A DNA stretch of 64,000 bases from Amoebidium appalachense (lineage: Eukaryota; Protista; Ichthyosporea), in NCBI GenBank assembly GCA_963693365.1, contig CAVNZM010000007.1, positions 6,073,962-6,137,961 of the forward strand. Reading direction: 5' to 3'. The notes under the pieces were generated by a model. That model searched no databases, was not told where the DNA came from, and saw only the letters and a list, made by a program, of their open reading frames with translations. A program made the position numbers and the translations under genes. Positions 12,268 through 42,899 of the stretch are shown one piece after another; within the stretch, counting starts at the first letter, position 1, and each line of letters starts with the position of its first letter.

Positions 12268-13280
12268 GCACTGGTGTTCTATATTTGGGAATCCCTCTCT
12301 CTCTCTCTGTCCCCCCCCCCCCCCCCCCCCCCCCCCCTCCCCCTCTCTGCCCTTCCCCCCCTTCCCTATTGAGTGGCTGTGTGTGTGTGGTTCACATGTG
12401 CGTCTTTCGCCAGGCATGAAAGTACAAAAATAGGTTATTACCATGAGAAGTATGAAAAATGCTATCGTTCCGCCACCAGTTTATATACATCAACAACAGT
12501 GTGCTCATTCGACACTTGCATGTGCTGTTTTGATTTCTTCACGTTGGGTACGATGTTAGTGTGGGTGTCTGTAAGTGCCATCAGGTTGGTCGTTGAAGTC
12601 GATGAATGCTACTAATATAGCGTAAGATTAGGATGTGTGGTGATCATAGGAAATAAGGCTTGGCTTGTCGCAACTTGTGATGTTGTGTGAGCTTTCACGA
12701 TGGAAACAGGAATGGTTGAGTATATGTAGTAGGGGGGTAAAAGGGTTCAGGTGTCAACATTAACGTACCATGGGCGTATATTGATGGGTTCATTAGTTCA
12801 TTGTATCATAATGTCGACTTTCTCTATGAACACGTGCTTTTGACATCCCTTGGCCGATGATTATCCCTGGGTGGGTTAAGGTCCATTTATATGAAAGCAA
12901 CTCCCCCAAGTCTATACATAGATCGAGAGTAGACTGTACATACTATGTCGTTCAGACTGAGGGTAGTAGGAGTACTGACGTCACGGATACTTACAAGGAA
13001 GTCTGTAGTCTTTAGTCAATTTTACTCTTACGTGCTCGCCTGACGTCTATTTTTAGTGTTTGCTTTTGGTTCTTGACAACTGTTCGTGAAGAATTAGAGA
13101 GCTGGAAATGCACCGTCATATCTTGTGTACAAATAAAAGCACTTACCCGGCAGTGCCGGCCAGATCATGAGCATGCTTAGAAATAAAATGAGTGTCTTCG
13201 TATGTGCGACTCAAAAAAGGCCATGTTCTGGCTCGCTAATATGTCTAAGGATATATGGTCATCTGAGATAGATGCAACAG

Positions 13281-13318
<38 letters not shown>

Positions 13319-13355
13319 CACACACCCGCGCGTGCGCGCGCACACACACACCCGC

Positions 13356-13400
<45 letters not shown>

Positions 13401-14245
13401 ACCACCACCACCACCACCACCACCGGCCACCACCCACCCACCCACCATCAAGGGGAAGTTGCTGTCCTTGACAAGTGTGCATGTGAAACGTCACTGGAAG
13501 ACCGATCGACCCGACAGCACTATTCCTACTCCTTTTATATATTGTTTTATAAAAACTTTTTTTTTGGAGCACAAAAACTTCCCGCCCAAAATTCTACATT
13601 TGGCTAATCGTGCGATCGCGTGCAAATAATTGGTCCGTACATATTTTTTTTTTTGAGATCGCGCAACTGCAAGGTACTCCAGAGCTTTTCATATCGGATA
13701 CGGTATTACAATCATAGTCAAATTGTCTACCAAGTTGGTTATTGATTTGCTGTACATCAAGTCAGATTTCCATACATGAGCACAAAGGTGTTACACACAC
13801 CAAGCCAGTTGGCCGAGAATAAACATGAGCATTCGTGAACTGTTCGAATTCTGATGATCTATTTCATGTTTACATACTAATGATTTGCCGCACACAGTGT
13901 GGCTGCCAGCTGTGTGTGTGTGTGTGTGTATGCGTGCGCGTGCGTGTGCGCAAGAGCAAGAATGTACCCCCTTCTTTGTGCATGTGCAGGTGCGTGGGAA
14001 ATGCCACAAACCCTCGGGCACACAGTACATGTATAGTGGCTCCCCAATCCATGCTGTCTCGCTAATAAATCCAACAAAAGCTGAAAAAGGATAAACCACA
14101 ACTATCCCTTCCCGTTTCTATAATATCCTACCCGTACCGGAATACTCATTCGAGATCCTTAATCGTTCATGCCAATTTACATCACAGCCAGTCAGAGCTT
14201 AATGTTTTTAGTACGTAGAGCAAGGCGATCCTAATCTTAATTAGT

Positions 14246-14601
14246 AAAACACGGTGATCCATTGGTCCATGTGACTGCCCATGCCGTGTACGTCGATCTT
14301 ATATTCGAATCAATTCACTGCTGCCGCTCCATCCACCTTGCCCATGCTAGAGCACGGTGTTCTATCGTCTCGAAACAGGCTAGCGCTGTGGCCACAAGTG
14401 CACCTGCAAGCCCCCCTCAATTTTTCTTCAGGCGAGCACCGTGTTCCATTTGTCAAGGAACCGGCTGTGATGTACTGCCCTTGATGAATTTCTGCCCTCC
14501 GTCCATGCCAGAACACGGTGCTCTACTTGTCAACGAACCAGGCTGTAACGCGTCCGCCACCGCTTCCTTCCCGCGCCCACGAACAGGCAGAACACGGTAC
14601 T

Positions 14602-14624
<23 letters not shown>
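14246..14624 (+). pseudogene. Five degenerate ~36-bp repeats (14246, 14349, 14433, 14510, 14589), a relic of an R-x2-C-x2-C-x-G-T-G-C zinc-finger-like repeat
   Basis: Copies read [20 protein letters not shown].., [12 protein letters not shown] and RARCSI..; many differences are synonymous; frameshifts and stops are present. Confidence 0.5.
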
Positions 14625-31836
<17,212 letters not shown>

Positions 31837-32016
31837 GTTTATCTCCTAAACACTGCACAAACTTAGTGAATCCTCTTTTTCCTTGTTAACACGTTCTTGC
31901 AAAGTAATCTCAAAAAGACGAAAAAAAGCCTGGTAGGCCTACTAGGCTACAAGTGCTGTTAGTAGTTACTTGCATGCCACAACACCAACTCTGCAAAATG
32001 CGAACACTGCAGCGCC

Positions 32017-32781
32017 AGCAAATCCCAAACTCAAACAGCCAATCGTAGATCTGAAACGTGAAAACGCCTTTTTTGGTCCGATTTGCGGCTCTCTGACTGG
32101 ACCAAAACAACGGCAATTCAAAAAACTCAATAAAACGCTACAACTTTTAAATCATTGGTTTAACTTTTCTAAAACTTTCTAAAATAACGTAACTATTAGT
32201 CAACTTAAGTTTAGGACTCCGCTTCACAACAAAAGTCACGTGCTTTACACGTCTACACTAAGGGAGGGGCGAAAAGACAGAGAATTTTCTCCTCGAGAGC
32301 GATTCTGATCGTTCGCCGCATGGAACCAATGACGTCAGCAAGACTATGTGAGATGACGAAACAACTTTCTTTCGGAGCTACCGATGCTAGCTAGCCTCTG
32401 CTTACCCATAATATGTAATAGGGGTGTCATATACTACGATGGCGCTCATTGTTGCCTAGCATGTACATATGTCACTGGCTGCATTTGATTGGCTGCGCTG
32501 GATAACGCAGTAGGCCGTCGAATGTGGCTGGGCCTCCGGCAGTGTCCACGCAATAAAAAGTGTGTAAACCCCCTGAAACAACTGCGACCCAATGATTACC
32601 CCTGGAATTACGTATCAAAAAGAATACGCATGATTGACTCTCTGCGTATCGGCATTCTAATTTAATTGATATGTAGCTAATCGCTAGGCGCATTGCGATC
32701 CTATACCAACCAGCTTTAGCCAAATTTCAAAGAAGGGGGATCTCCTAAGCAACGATTCGATGTTCCAGTTTGGAGTCTGCT
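32017..32781. mobile_element. Mutator-like MITE, copy 2, ~180 bp upstream of the SCAI ATG, with ~208 bp of extra internal sequence
   Basis: Colinear with copy 1; same TIR family; exact 9-bp TSD TGCAGCGCC (32008-32016, 32782-32790). Confidence 0.88.
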
Positions 32782-33226
32782 TGCAGCGCCGCGAAGCAGC
32801 CCATCGCATCTTTTTAGATGACGATATCAAGATTCACCATATTAGGCTTTTCAAAGCAAGATGCTATTGGTGGAACTTCCCTATTGGTCTAGAGAGCATC
32901 AAGTTGGATCCCCCAAAACACCTACAATGCGGGTGGGGGATTTAGGGGGAGTCGAATGTGGCTGGGCCTCTGGCAGTGTGTAAAAACCCCATTTAGGGCA
33001 AGTCTCAGCTGTCGAGGACACTTCATGATGAAGTTGGCCAAAGCCTCAGCGACATGCTCGCGCGCGAGTGGCCCCCCGACTCGCCTCAGCAGAAGCGTTG
33101 GTGGCTTTTGAACGGAGGGCTTTTTCCCGGAAGGCTAGGCAGTTACAACACATTATAGACACTGGAATAGAGGCTCTCTTATACACATATCATTTTGCGC
33201 GAATAGCCAAGCCACTCTCAGTCAAC

Positions 33227-33385
33227 ATGGATGTAGAGGCGGTGACACGATTTGTGGCGGACAGCACGGTGCTAGGAACGGAGCTCAGCGGGCTGGCGCT
33301 ACGGCTGGCGGCTTTGGCTGCCGACGCACGGGGTGCAGCAGACAGAGTGAAGGCCGACAGGGCGAGGCTGGACGAGGAGAGCTGA
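33227..33385 (+). pseudogene. Short coiled-coil-like ORF, possibly the 5' part of the downstream BTB gene
   Basis: caacATGG start; GC-rich coding-like MDVEAVTRFVADS..ADRVKADRARLDEES*; the link to the BTB exon is inferred only. Confidence 0.35.
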
Positions 33386-33884
33386 GGATGGGGGTGACGG
33401 TTGTGGTAATGATGGTCGTGTGCGCATGTGTGTTTTGGGGGGGGGGGGGGGGGGGGAGGAAGCGGGCGGGGGGGAAGGGGGGGGGGAGGGGGGGTCTGCG
33501 GATAATATTGGGGAGATGCACTGACCTCGGTTTCATTTCTTTCTCTGTTCCCTTTAACATCATGCAGTCTTGGGTTTTTTGACTGTGCTGGTGTAAGAAC
33601 GGTCTCTGTTGTGGTGTAGTGTGCTGGTTGCTTTATAAAGGATACCCAAAGCGTGTAGGCTCGGGCATATAAGTGTACATGCATATGGTGCGGATAAGCA
33701 CACAGTCTTTCTTCCCCCCTCCACCCTCCCTCCCCCTTTCTCTCTCACTCTTTCTTCTCTCTCTCTCAGCTCTCTCCTTCTCCCCCCCCCCCCCCTCTCT
33801 CTCTCACTCACTCTCTCTCTCTCTCTTTCTTTCTCTCTCTCTCTCTCTCTCCCTCTTTCCCTCTCTCTCTCCCCCCCCTTTTTC

Positions 33885-33985
<101 letters not shown>

Positions 33986-34254
33986 ATGTCTCTCGCCCCG
34001 CCCCCCTCTCTCTCTGTGTGTGTATGTGCCTCGCCCCCCCCTCTCTCTCTCTCTTTCGCACCCTCTCCCCCCCCCTCCCCCCTCTTCTTCCCCCCCCCCC
34101 CCCCCCCCCCCCTCCCCCCCCAACTCTCCCTCTCTCTATTAGTTCGGTCTCAGTGTTAGCCTCAGTCTAATTCTCTCCAGTCCTTCCCCGCTTAGAGCCT
34201 TTCTTTCCCTGCCTCTGCCTCTTTCTTTCCCTGTCTCTGTATCTCTCTCTACCG

Positions 34255-34321
<67 letters not shown>

Positions 34322-34937
34322 TCTCTCCCCCCTCCTCCTCCCCCCCCCCTCCCTCCCCCCGGTCACTCCCCCTCCCTCCTTCCCTCAATTCTCTCCACCC
34401 CGCCCCCCGTCCCCCCTCCCCTCCTGCTTTCTTTCCTCGCCCTCTCTCCCTCATCTCTCGATCCTTTTTTTCTCTTCTGCCTTCTTCCCTTTTCTCCTCC
34501 CCCCTCTCCCTCGCGCCCCTGCCCCTCCCCCCCCCCCCCCCGGGCATCACATACACACGAATTCTTGTATGGTATGTGTCGTTCTTGTAGCTGCAGGGTT
34601 TGTGTCGCACTGTTTCATTCTTATGTCTCTTTTCTACATCTCCGTCAGCCATCCCTATCTCTTCTGGCTTATTCTCTATCCCATTGTGCTGAGTTATTTG
34701 TGACTGTGTGTCTCCTTTCCTTTGTGCACCTAAAGATTACCATACTGGTTATGACGTAACGCTTCGATAAACCTTTGCCTGTGCTGCACATCTCCCTCTC
34801 ACTCCCTTCTTGTCCCCCATCTCCCCCCTCCCCCACCCCACCCCCACCCCCCACCCCTCTCCGAACACTCCCCTTTCCTTCTGTCCTGTTCCTCTCACAG
34901 ACTGTCTGTCCCGTCTTGCCTCTCACTCCTTGTGTTT

Positions 34938-34975
<38 letters not shown>

Positions 34976-35164
34976 TGTTTGTTTCATGTTGTATTTGCCC
35001 TCAAGCCCTTTGTATTCTCGCGCCATCCATTTCTCAATTTGCATCCTGCAGTTCCCCTGTGACTACATGTTTTTGTGTTTTCTTCTCACCGGCAAGGCAC
35101 GTTTCCTCTCTGCCTGCCTCCCTTCCTGCTCCCCCCTCCCCCCTCCCCCCACCCCGCCCCCCTC

Positions 35165-35260
35165 CGGCTCTGCTTATTATGCACACTCTTATGTGTGGTT
35201 TGCACTCTGCATCCTGTAGTCCGTTGTTAATGTGCACTGCGTACCTTATAGCACATTCAA
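35165..35260 (-). repeat. Dispersed short repeat family, minus-strand copy
   Basis: Reverse complement ttgaatg..gtacgcagtgcacat..gatgcagagtgcaaacca..tgcataataagcagagcc matches 15254-15330 and ~15495. Confidence 0.75.
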
Positions 35261-35322
35261 ACCTACCACCACCATCACTACTACGTGGCACCCGGGGCAA
35301 CCACACCTCCCCCCCCCCCCCC

Positions 35323-35354
<32 letters not shown>

Positions 35355-35659
35355 AACAAAAAAGAAAGAAAGAAAAGAAAGAAAAAGACAAGATAAGAAA
35401 AAGAAGAAAGAAAACGAAAGAAAGTTAAGAAACGACAACACACACAAAACAAAGCAAACAATCTCATTCTGCTTCCTGCCTACCGGCCTTTTCTGTTTTG
35501 CTCCATCATCTATCTGTTCCGTTACGGCTGTTGTTATTCCTCCCCGAGCTGCCAATTTCGCAGTCCCTGCAACGTTTCCTCTTTGTAATATTTTCTATTT
35601 TTTTCTTAATCTTGTGTGCGTGTGCATAGTAAGCGCCCGCGCACTTGCATGTGTGGGTG

Positions 35660-35696
<37 letters not shown>

Positions 35697-35719
35697 AACT
35701 GTGTGCATGTGTGTGTGCA

Positions 35720-35752
<33 letters not shown>

Positions 35753-35999
35753 GTGTGTATGTTTTAAGTGTGTGGATGTGTGTGCGTGTGGATGTGTGTG
35801 TGTGTGTGTGCGTGTGTGTGTGCGCGCGTGTGTGTGTGTTTGTGTTTATGTGGGTGGGTGGGTGTGTCTGTGTTGGGCCGCACTGCCAGGGTCGACATGG
35901 GTGGATAAGTGGTTATTTTCATTACCTCCCCCCCCCCCCCCCAAAAAAGAAAAAAAAAGAGGGGGGGGGGGGGGGGAGGGGGGAGGGGGGGAGAGGAAA

Positions 36000-36043
<44 letters not shown>

Positions 36044-36104
36044 AAGGACCCAGTATTGAACTGCAGCAGTATTGCCACTTCCAATAATTAACACTCCCGT
36101 GCAG

Positions 36105-37298
36105 CCCAGACGGCACCGTCTTCATCGACCGCTCCCCCGCACTGTTTGCCTACGTGCTCGATTTCCTCCGCGCGGGCGGGCAGATGCAGCGGTGGCTGCA
36201 GGATGAGGGGGAGGAGGAGGCTCTGAGGGGTGAGTTTGACTATTTCGAGCTTCCCTGGCCAAAGGAAGACCCGGCGGTGCCTGTGGTTGAGGCGTTTGGG
36301 TGGGAGCTTGAGTGTGGAGATCGAGGGGGTGATTGAGGATATTGCCTGGGTGGATTCGAATGGCACACGGGCTTTGGGGGGACGGTCGACTGACCGTGAA
36401 GACTGTGTAGCCGTTCTCTGGGACACCTGGACGGGGGCAAGTCTACATACCTGGCGAAAGGCAGAGTTGGACTCGGAGAACACAAAGCTATTCAGTATGT
36501 CTTGGTGGTGCATACATATGTGCGGTGTATGAAGACCCGGAGCCAGGGGCGTGCACGCATGTCTTATTGCACAGCTCAGAGGACGGTTCATGGGTACAGA
36601 CAATTCCTGTCGAGAAGCCTTACCCGGGCAGCGACAGCATTTGTATTGTGATAATGGGAAGCCGCCTTATGATAACTCGCAGGGAGAATGTAACAGCGTG
36701 GGATATCGTGTCTGGGTCAAGGTTGTGGGTTTCCGACAATACACAATTTGGCGGGGATAGCATCGAGCTGAACTATAACGTTGAGGTGTGCATATGTCTG
36801 GCAGAAAGCGGCTGTGCGATCATGGACATAACAACGGGCCAACACATCTACCAAATAGGGGGTCTTATGGATGACACGTACTTCCGAGATTGTTACCCGG
36901 TGGGTAGAACGGTGCGCCTCATAACACGTGACCGTGACGGATTGCATTTCCGTTCTGTTGGTGAGAACGGAACGCTTATTCCCCAAATCCCCCTGGCACT
37001 GTTGGTGGGCAATTAAATTGCAGAGTGTACGCTTGAAGCAAGATTTTACAGCGCAGACGTTATTGGTATACGCACCAGCAACACATATCAAATGTACCGC
37101 CTGTTTTTCCCAAGCCCATCCCGTGTGGAGATTGCCGAGTCTCGCATTATCCGATTGGGTGATAGCGAGGACTGGTGGGAGCAAGTGGCGAGGTTCTTGT
37201 GGAAGGAGAGGGCTATGGTGGCCGCGGGGCCGGATGGAAGGGTGAAGGTGTGGAGACCAAAGGAGAAAAAAGAATCTCGTAAGCGTGCACAGGTATAG
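36105..37298 (+). pseudogene. KCTD-type BTB/POZ (C-terminal half) plus WD40-like beta-propeller, disrupted
   Basis: DGTVFIDRSPALFAYVLDFLR..LRGEFDYFEL is a T1-type BTB signature. WD-like AVLWDTWTG, VTAWDIVSG and DGRVKVW follow. Frameshifts near 36300 and 36525, in-frame TAA at 37014. Confidence 0.8.
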
Positions 37299-37452
37299 TT
37301 GTATAGCCGTCATACAGTATTGGATGTTTCGAGGGAGTGGTTTGCTAGACCAAGTGTCGGTACGTATTGGGTGATTTGATGGAACAAAGAGGTGAAATGT
37401 TTGTGTAAATGCACTAGTACTGGAAGTGACGTGTTAAACTTTTTCTTCCCCC

Positions 37453-37483
<31 letters not shown>

Positions 37484-38397
37484 TTTTTTTTTTTTTTTGT
37501 ATTGTAGATGAACTGACTTGTGTTTAGGTGGTGGTGGTTAGGCAGTAGTCACAGCAATGAAACTTGTGTGTATGGTTGCTTGGTGCTGTTGCAGCACACG
37601 TCATCATTAGAACACCTTCAAATTCATGATAGTTGGTAGGCACTCCATCTTAAAGGTAGTACCCAGTCGAACTTATAATGAATCATTGTTCGTGCATTTT
37701 TTATCTTGTGTGTAGGATGAACACGAAGCTTTCATAATAAAGGCCTGGTGTGAATGCACTGATTAGCCAGTAAAATGTTGAGGCATGGATATAGACCTCC
37801 TCCTTACTAATCGGCTGCCGGTTCGGTTAGCACTTTATAAATCGATATCTCTGGCTGTGAGCTGTGTCAGGTGTGTTTGTGCCAGCGTGGACATGTGGGT
37901 GTAGCGACATGTTACATTAATAATTACAAAGGGTGGAGAGTGTGGGTGTGGTTGCGCCTACGTAACTTAATGTTGTGTGTGCACGGTGCCTGCGTGCCTC
38001 CGTGCGCCTCCGTGACCGCATGCGTGTGTGCCTCGAGTGCATGTGTGGGTGCGTACCCGTGTGTATGTTGGTGTGTGTGTGCATGTGTTCGTGCATGTGT
38101 GCACGCACACATGCACACACACACGAACATACATACCCTTCACTCTCCTTCATGAGATCACTCTCTATCACTCTCTCCCTCCCTCCCGGACTTTCTCTAC
38201 CTAACTGTCTCTCTATATGTCTCCCCCCATGCCTTCCTCCATCTCCCTCTCCTCGCAGAGTCTCTCTCTCTCTCTCTCTCTCCCTCTCCCCTCCCCACCC
38301 CCCCTCCCCTCGCTTGAGACGTTTCCTCTCTCACGCGCGCTCTCTCTATCTCTCTTTCTCTCTCTCTCTCTCTCTCCCCCCCCCCCCCCCCCCGAGG

Positions 38398-38436
<39 letters not shown>

Positions 38437-38509
38437 CCCCTCCCTCCCTCTTTCTCTCTTCCCCCCCCTCTCCCCGAGGCCCTCTCTCTCTCTCTTTCTC
38501 CCTCCCCGA

Positions 38510-38608
<99 letters not shown>

Positions 38609-38950
38609 GCTCTGGTTCGTTTTGTGTGTATCTTTTCAATGAGATCATGACGATGTCATTGCTCATTGCGTGTGTGTGTCCGACTCGCATGTCATTGCGT
38701 GTGTGTGCGTGTGTGTGTGTGTCACTGTGTGCGTGTGTGTGTGTGTGTTTGTAAATGTGTGTGTGTACGACTCGGAGTATGATGCGTGTGGGTGGGTGGG
38801 TGGTGTGGGTGGGTGGGTGGGTGGGTGGGTTTTTGTGTGTATACTACATAGGATGTGTGTGTGTGCATGTGCGTGTGTTTGTGTGTCTTTGTGTGTGTGT
38901 GTGTGTGTGTGTGTCTGTCTGTCTGTGTGTGCGTGTGTTTGTGAGTGTCA

Positions 38951-39013
<63 letters not shown>

Positions 39014-39601
39014 AGCGTGTGTGTGTGCCGTGCGTGTGTGCAGTTACGCGGTTTGTACATGTTCATGTGTCATGAGGGAGCCATGGGCCTCTCAACAGCC
39101 AAGCGCAAAAATGTACACACTGAGCGTACCATACTAATGCACAGGGGGTGACTAATATCAAGAAATTTTGAAATTAGGAGAAATAGTGCTATTTCTTTGC
39201 CTCAAAAATTAAGATATAAGACCTCACCAAAACTTGGTGGATTCTTAACAACATGCCTCCCCCCTCCCCCCCCCCCCCTCTCCCCCCCCCCCCCTCTCCC
39301 CCCCCCCCCCCCCCCCCCAACACACACACACACACGACCGGACCACATGAGGCTATGCCACCTCGTAATAATCCGACAATTAGACCCTATTTCCAAAGTG
39401 CCTACGTTCTAAATCTTGAAATTCATTCATCCCCACAACACAAACCAAACTCATATCTATATCAAAGCGACAAAAAACTCAACCTAACGTTAACTATTCA
39501 TACAGTGCAGGAACATATTCCTACTTTTCGGGTTGTTCTATATTATGTATCCAAACGGCACTGGCCATGAATTCTATTGGAGGGGGGCAAAAGCAAATAT
39601 C

Positions 39602-39833
39602 TTAAGCCAGGCCCACAAGCTTCTCGCTCACCTCCCACAGCCTGGCCGCTTGCTCCGCATCTGCTGCCGGGCCAGCCGGTGTGGCCACGTTGCAGTCGGA
39701 GAAATATTTGCCACTGACCCCCTCGGCCAATGGGGACACGGCTAGGAAGACGCTCGTGGCTGCCCCCTGCTGCACAGTCTTCCACGTCAAGAATCCTGTA
39801 TGTGTGTGTGGGTGGGGGGGGGGGGGGGGGGGG

Positions 39834-39880
<47 letters not shown>

Positions 39881-40121
39881 CGCGCGCTGTGTGCGCGTAT
39901 GCGCGAGCATATGCGTGGTGTTGGATGATGGTGAGGACGTGGTGCAGCTTACAGGCACGATGAAAACATTAGGGTGCACACACCTACCACGGACAGAACC
40001 CAAGCTATGGATCTAAGACGACAAGGTGGCTCGCAAGTGGAGGAGAGTGAGATAAAGGGCAGAGGTAATGTGGCCAAGAGAGAAGGCGAGGATGAATGAG
40101 GGAGACAAAGAAGGGGGGAGG

Positions 40122-40153
<32 letters not shown>

Positions 40154-41812
40154 CTAGAATGTAGGGCATGGTTCGAATAGGAAATAACAACGAAGGGGTA
40201 AGCACGAGCAAGCCACTAGGGCTAACACCAAGGTGCACAAGCCAGTCAGCCACGTGGCATGCATCAACAGCAGATAGAGCAAGAGCTTATAGCAGAGTAA
40301 GCCAGGGGGGAAGGGGAGGTTCAGGTTTAAGAAGCCGTATGTGGCACATTGTCAAGATGATGAGGAGGGCAGTAGGAGGGTAGTAGGAAGAAATAAAAGG
40401 GTGATTGAAAGTGGTTGAGATGAGGAGAGAACGGATGGGCAGGAACTACATAGCACGAAAGTGTTCTGTGCAACTATCAGTGAGAGAGGAGGGACATCTA
40501 CCTCCCTATGCAGACAAGGAGAAGTAACGTCGCAGCACCCACAGATGCCATGCGGCCAAATACACGTACATAAGGCACACATACTAGTGGCCACAACCAA
40601 TAACACCCCTACACTTATTACAAGACTGAATCCCCTACCAATCACGTCGACCAGCAATCCGGTCAAACCCGTGATGTAGCGCTGCAGATCCGTCTTGATA
40701 GCCCCAGGGTGCAGCGCATTGGCGGTTATTTTTAGCCCCTGCTCTTTCATTCGTCGAGCCAGCTCCAATGCAAACAGTATGTTTGCTGTTTTTGATTGGC
40801 CATAAGCGTACGAGGGCCCACCCCGTCCGCTGTACCAGGTGTCCTTGCCCTTGAGGTCGTCAAAGCGGATCCGGGCCCCTCCAATCCGGTGGGCCGACGA
40901 CGATAGTATCACCACACGGGCTGGCTGGGCCTCCTGCGGTCATGCACACACGTGCACGAGAAGAAGGAAAGCAGGGAATTGTGTTATTGGGACAGAAGAC
41001 ACGAAAATGGACGGGCAAAAAGGAAAATAAAAGAAAAGAAAAGAAAGTAAAGAAAAGAAAGAAAGAAAGAAAAAGGGGTAGGCTAGATTTATCATGCTAA
41101 GGGATTTAAAAAAAAAAGTAGCAGCCAGCAATTTTTGAAATATTCCATGAAGACCCAACCGCGGGTACCGACGTTGTGAGTGGGTTGTGTGGGTTACCCA
41201 GAAGTTAAATTATGTCTAGGTGAACTTAGCCAATATAATTTGCTGCCACTTTTTGCTCAAAAAAACTTTGAAATCATAACCTCAATGAAAGAACACTGGC
41301 TTTATTCGCCACCCCAGAGTCCTTGTACAATTCAGCACTAAGGAACAAAACAACATTCTACTTGTTCTCTTTCCACCCTTAAACATTTCCCCTCACTCAT
41401 CCATTTCAATTACTTTACCTCGTCCCCACCACCGCACATTTTGCCACAGCAGACGCAAGCGTGACCCCACCTTGAGACAATCAAGCAGCAGGTTCACCAA
41501 CAGGAAATGACCCAGGTAATTGGTGCCAAATTGCATTTCGAACCCGTCTGCTGTTTCCTCATAGGGGCAGCCCATGATCCCTGTGTGCCGTGTCAGCGTG
41601 TCAGTTGCAGAGAACACGGCCTCCATGCACAGCCACACAGGCATCCAGTTGGGAACATGCTGGCAAGCTGTGTGCACAAGTGCTGAGCATGCAACCACGG
41701 AAAAATGACAAATAGACAGTTGGCGTTTGGGTGAGTTCATCACCGGGTCACAGTTTGAACCACGAAAGAGACCTGGCGACATATAGAGAGAGAGAGAACG
41801 GGTTGGGGGGAA

Positions 41813-41843
<31 letters not shown>

Positions 41844-42899
41844 GGGGGAGGGAGGGAGAGAGGGAGGAAGGGATCCAGGGCAAGGGAGCCTCGGGAGGGA
41901 GGGACGGAGAGAGGGAGGGAGGGAGGCGGGGAGGGAGGGAGAGGGACAGAGGGAGGGAGGGAGGGAGGGAGAGGGAGAGAGGGAGGGAGGGAGGGGGGGA
42001 GGGGGGGGAGAGAGAGAGAGAGGGAGGGAGGGAGGAAGGGAGGGAGGGAGAGAGAGGGAAAGAAAGAGAGAGAGAGAGAGAGAGGGGGGGGGGGGGGGGG
42101 AAGAGAGAGAGAGAGTGTGTGTGTGTGTGTAGGGATGTGAACCTTGGGGGGGAAGGCAGGTAGGAAACACACTCGCACACACACTAGCTTTGTTCGACGG
42201 GAGAAACAGTGCGCAAGCAACGAAGCGAGGAGAAGCGCCTGGCTGTTGGCATCTTACCGGCATTGCAGATGAGAACATGCAGGGGCAGATTTAGTACCTT
42301 GAACTTGGCCGCAAACTCCCTCACCGACTTCAGCGAGGACAGGTCCAGCACCATGACCTTCAGCTTTAGCGTTCCTTTGCCCTCGCCCTTTGACCTCTGC
42401 TGCAGGTCAGCCACTGCCTCCTCCGCCTTCTCTGTGCTAAGGCAGGCCATGTACACCGTCGCTCCAGCACCAGCAAGCACGTAGGCAGTTTCCTTGCCAA
42501 TCCCTGTTTGAGTGTGGTTAGTAAAAGTGCTTGGCTCGATGCAACAAAGCGGGGGCTCACAAGCAGAATTGAGACGTTGACAGGAAAGGAAAACATTTTT
42601 GTGTTGCGAAGAGCCGAAGAGGTGAACGCACTTAAGCCCCATTAACTACTCCACGCTGCTCACACCACCATCATTAAAACAACCAATGTGGGAATCCTAT
42701 AACATATAGTTTACATGTTTGATTTGCACCAAGCCTCACCTGAATTGGAGCCCGTTACCAGCACGTTCTTGCCCGACAGGTCTGGCTTTTCCTTTGCTAT
42801 GATGTCTTCGGCGGTGGTTGTCCAGTCGTAGCCATTGCTGCGTGCACTGCCCTCGGTGTTGACGAAATAGTTGAGCGTTTTCGCTAAGTAGCTTGCCAT
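39602..42899 (-). CDS. Short-chain dehydrogenase/reductase, RDH12/13-WWOX-like; exons 42899-42740, 42503-42258, 41580-41471, 40933-~40639, 39795-39602
   Basis: TGSNSGIGKETA Rossmann motif, LDLSSLKSV, LICNAG, GFEMQFGTNYLGHF, catalytic YGQSK, LHPGAIKT, QGAAT, ARLWEVSE. Confidence 0.95.
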
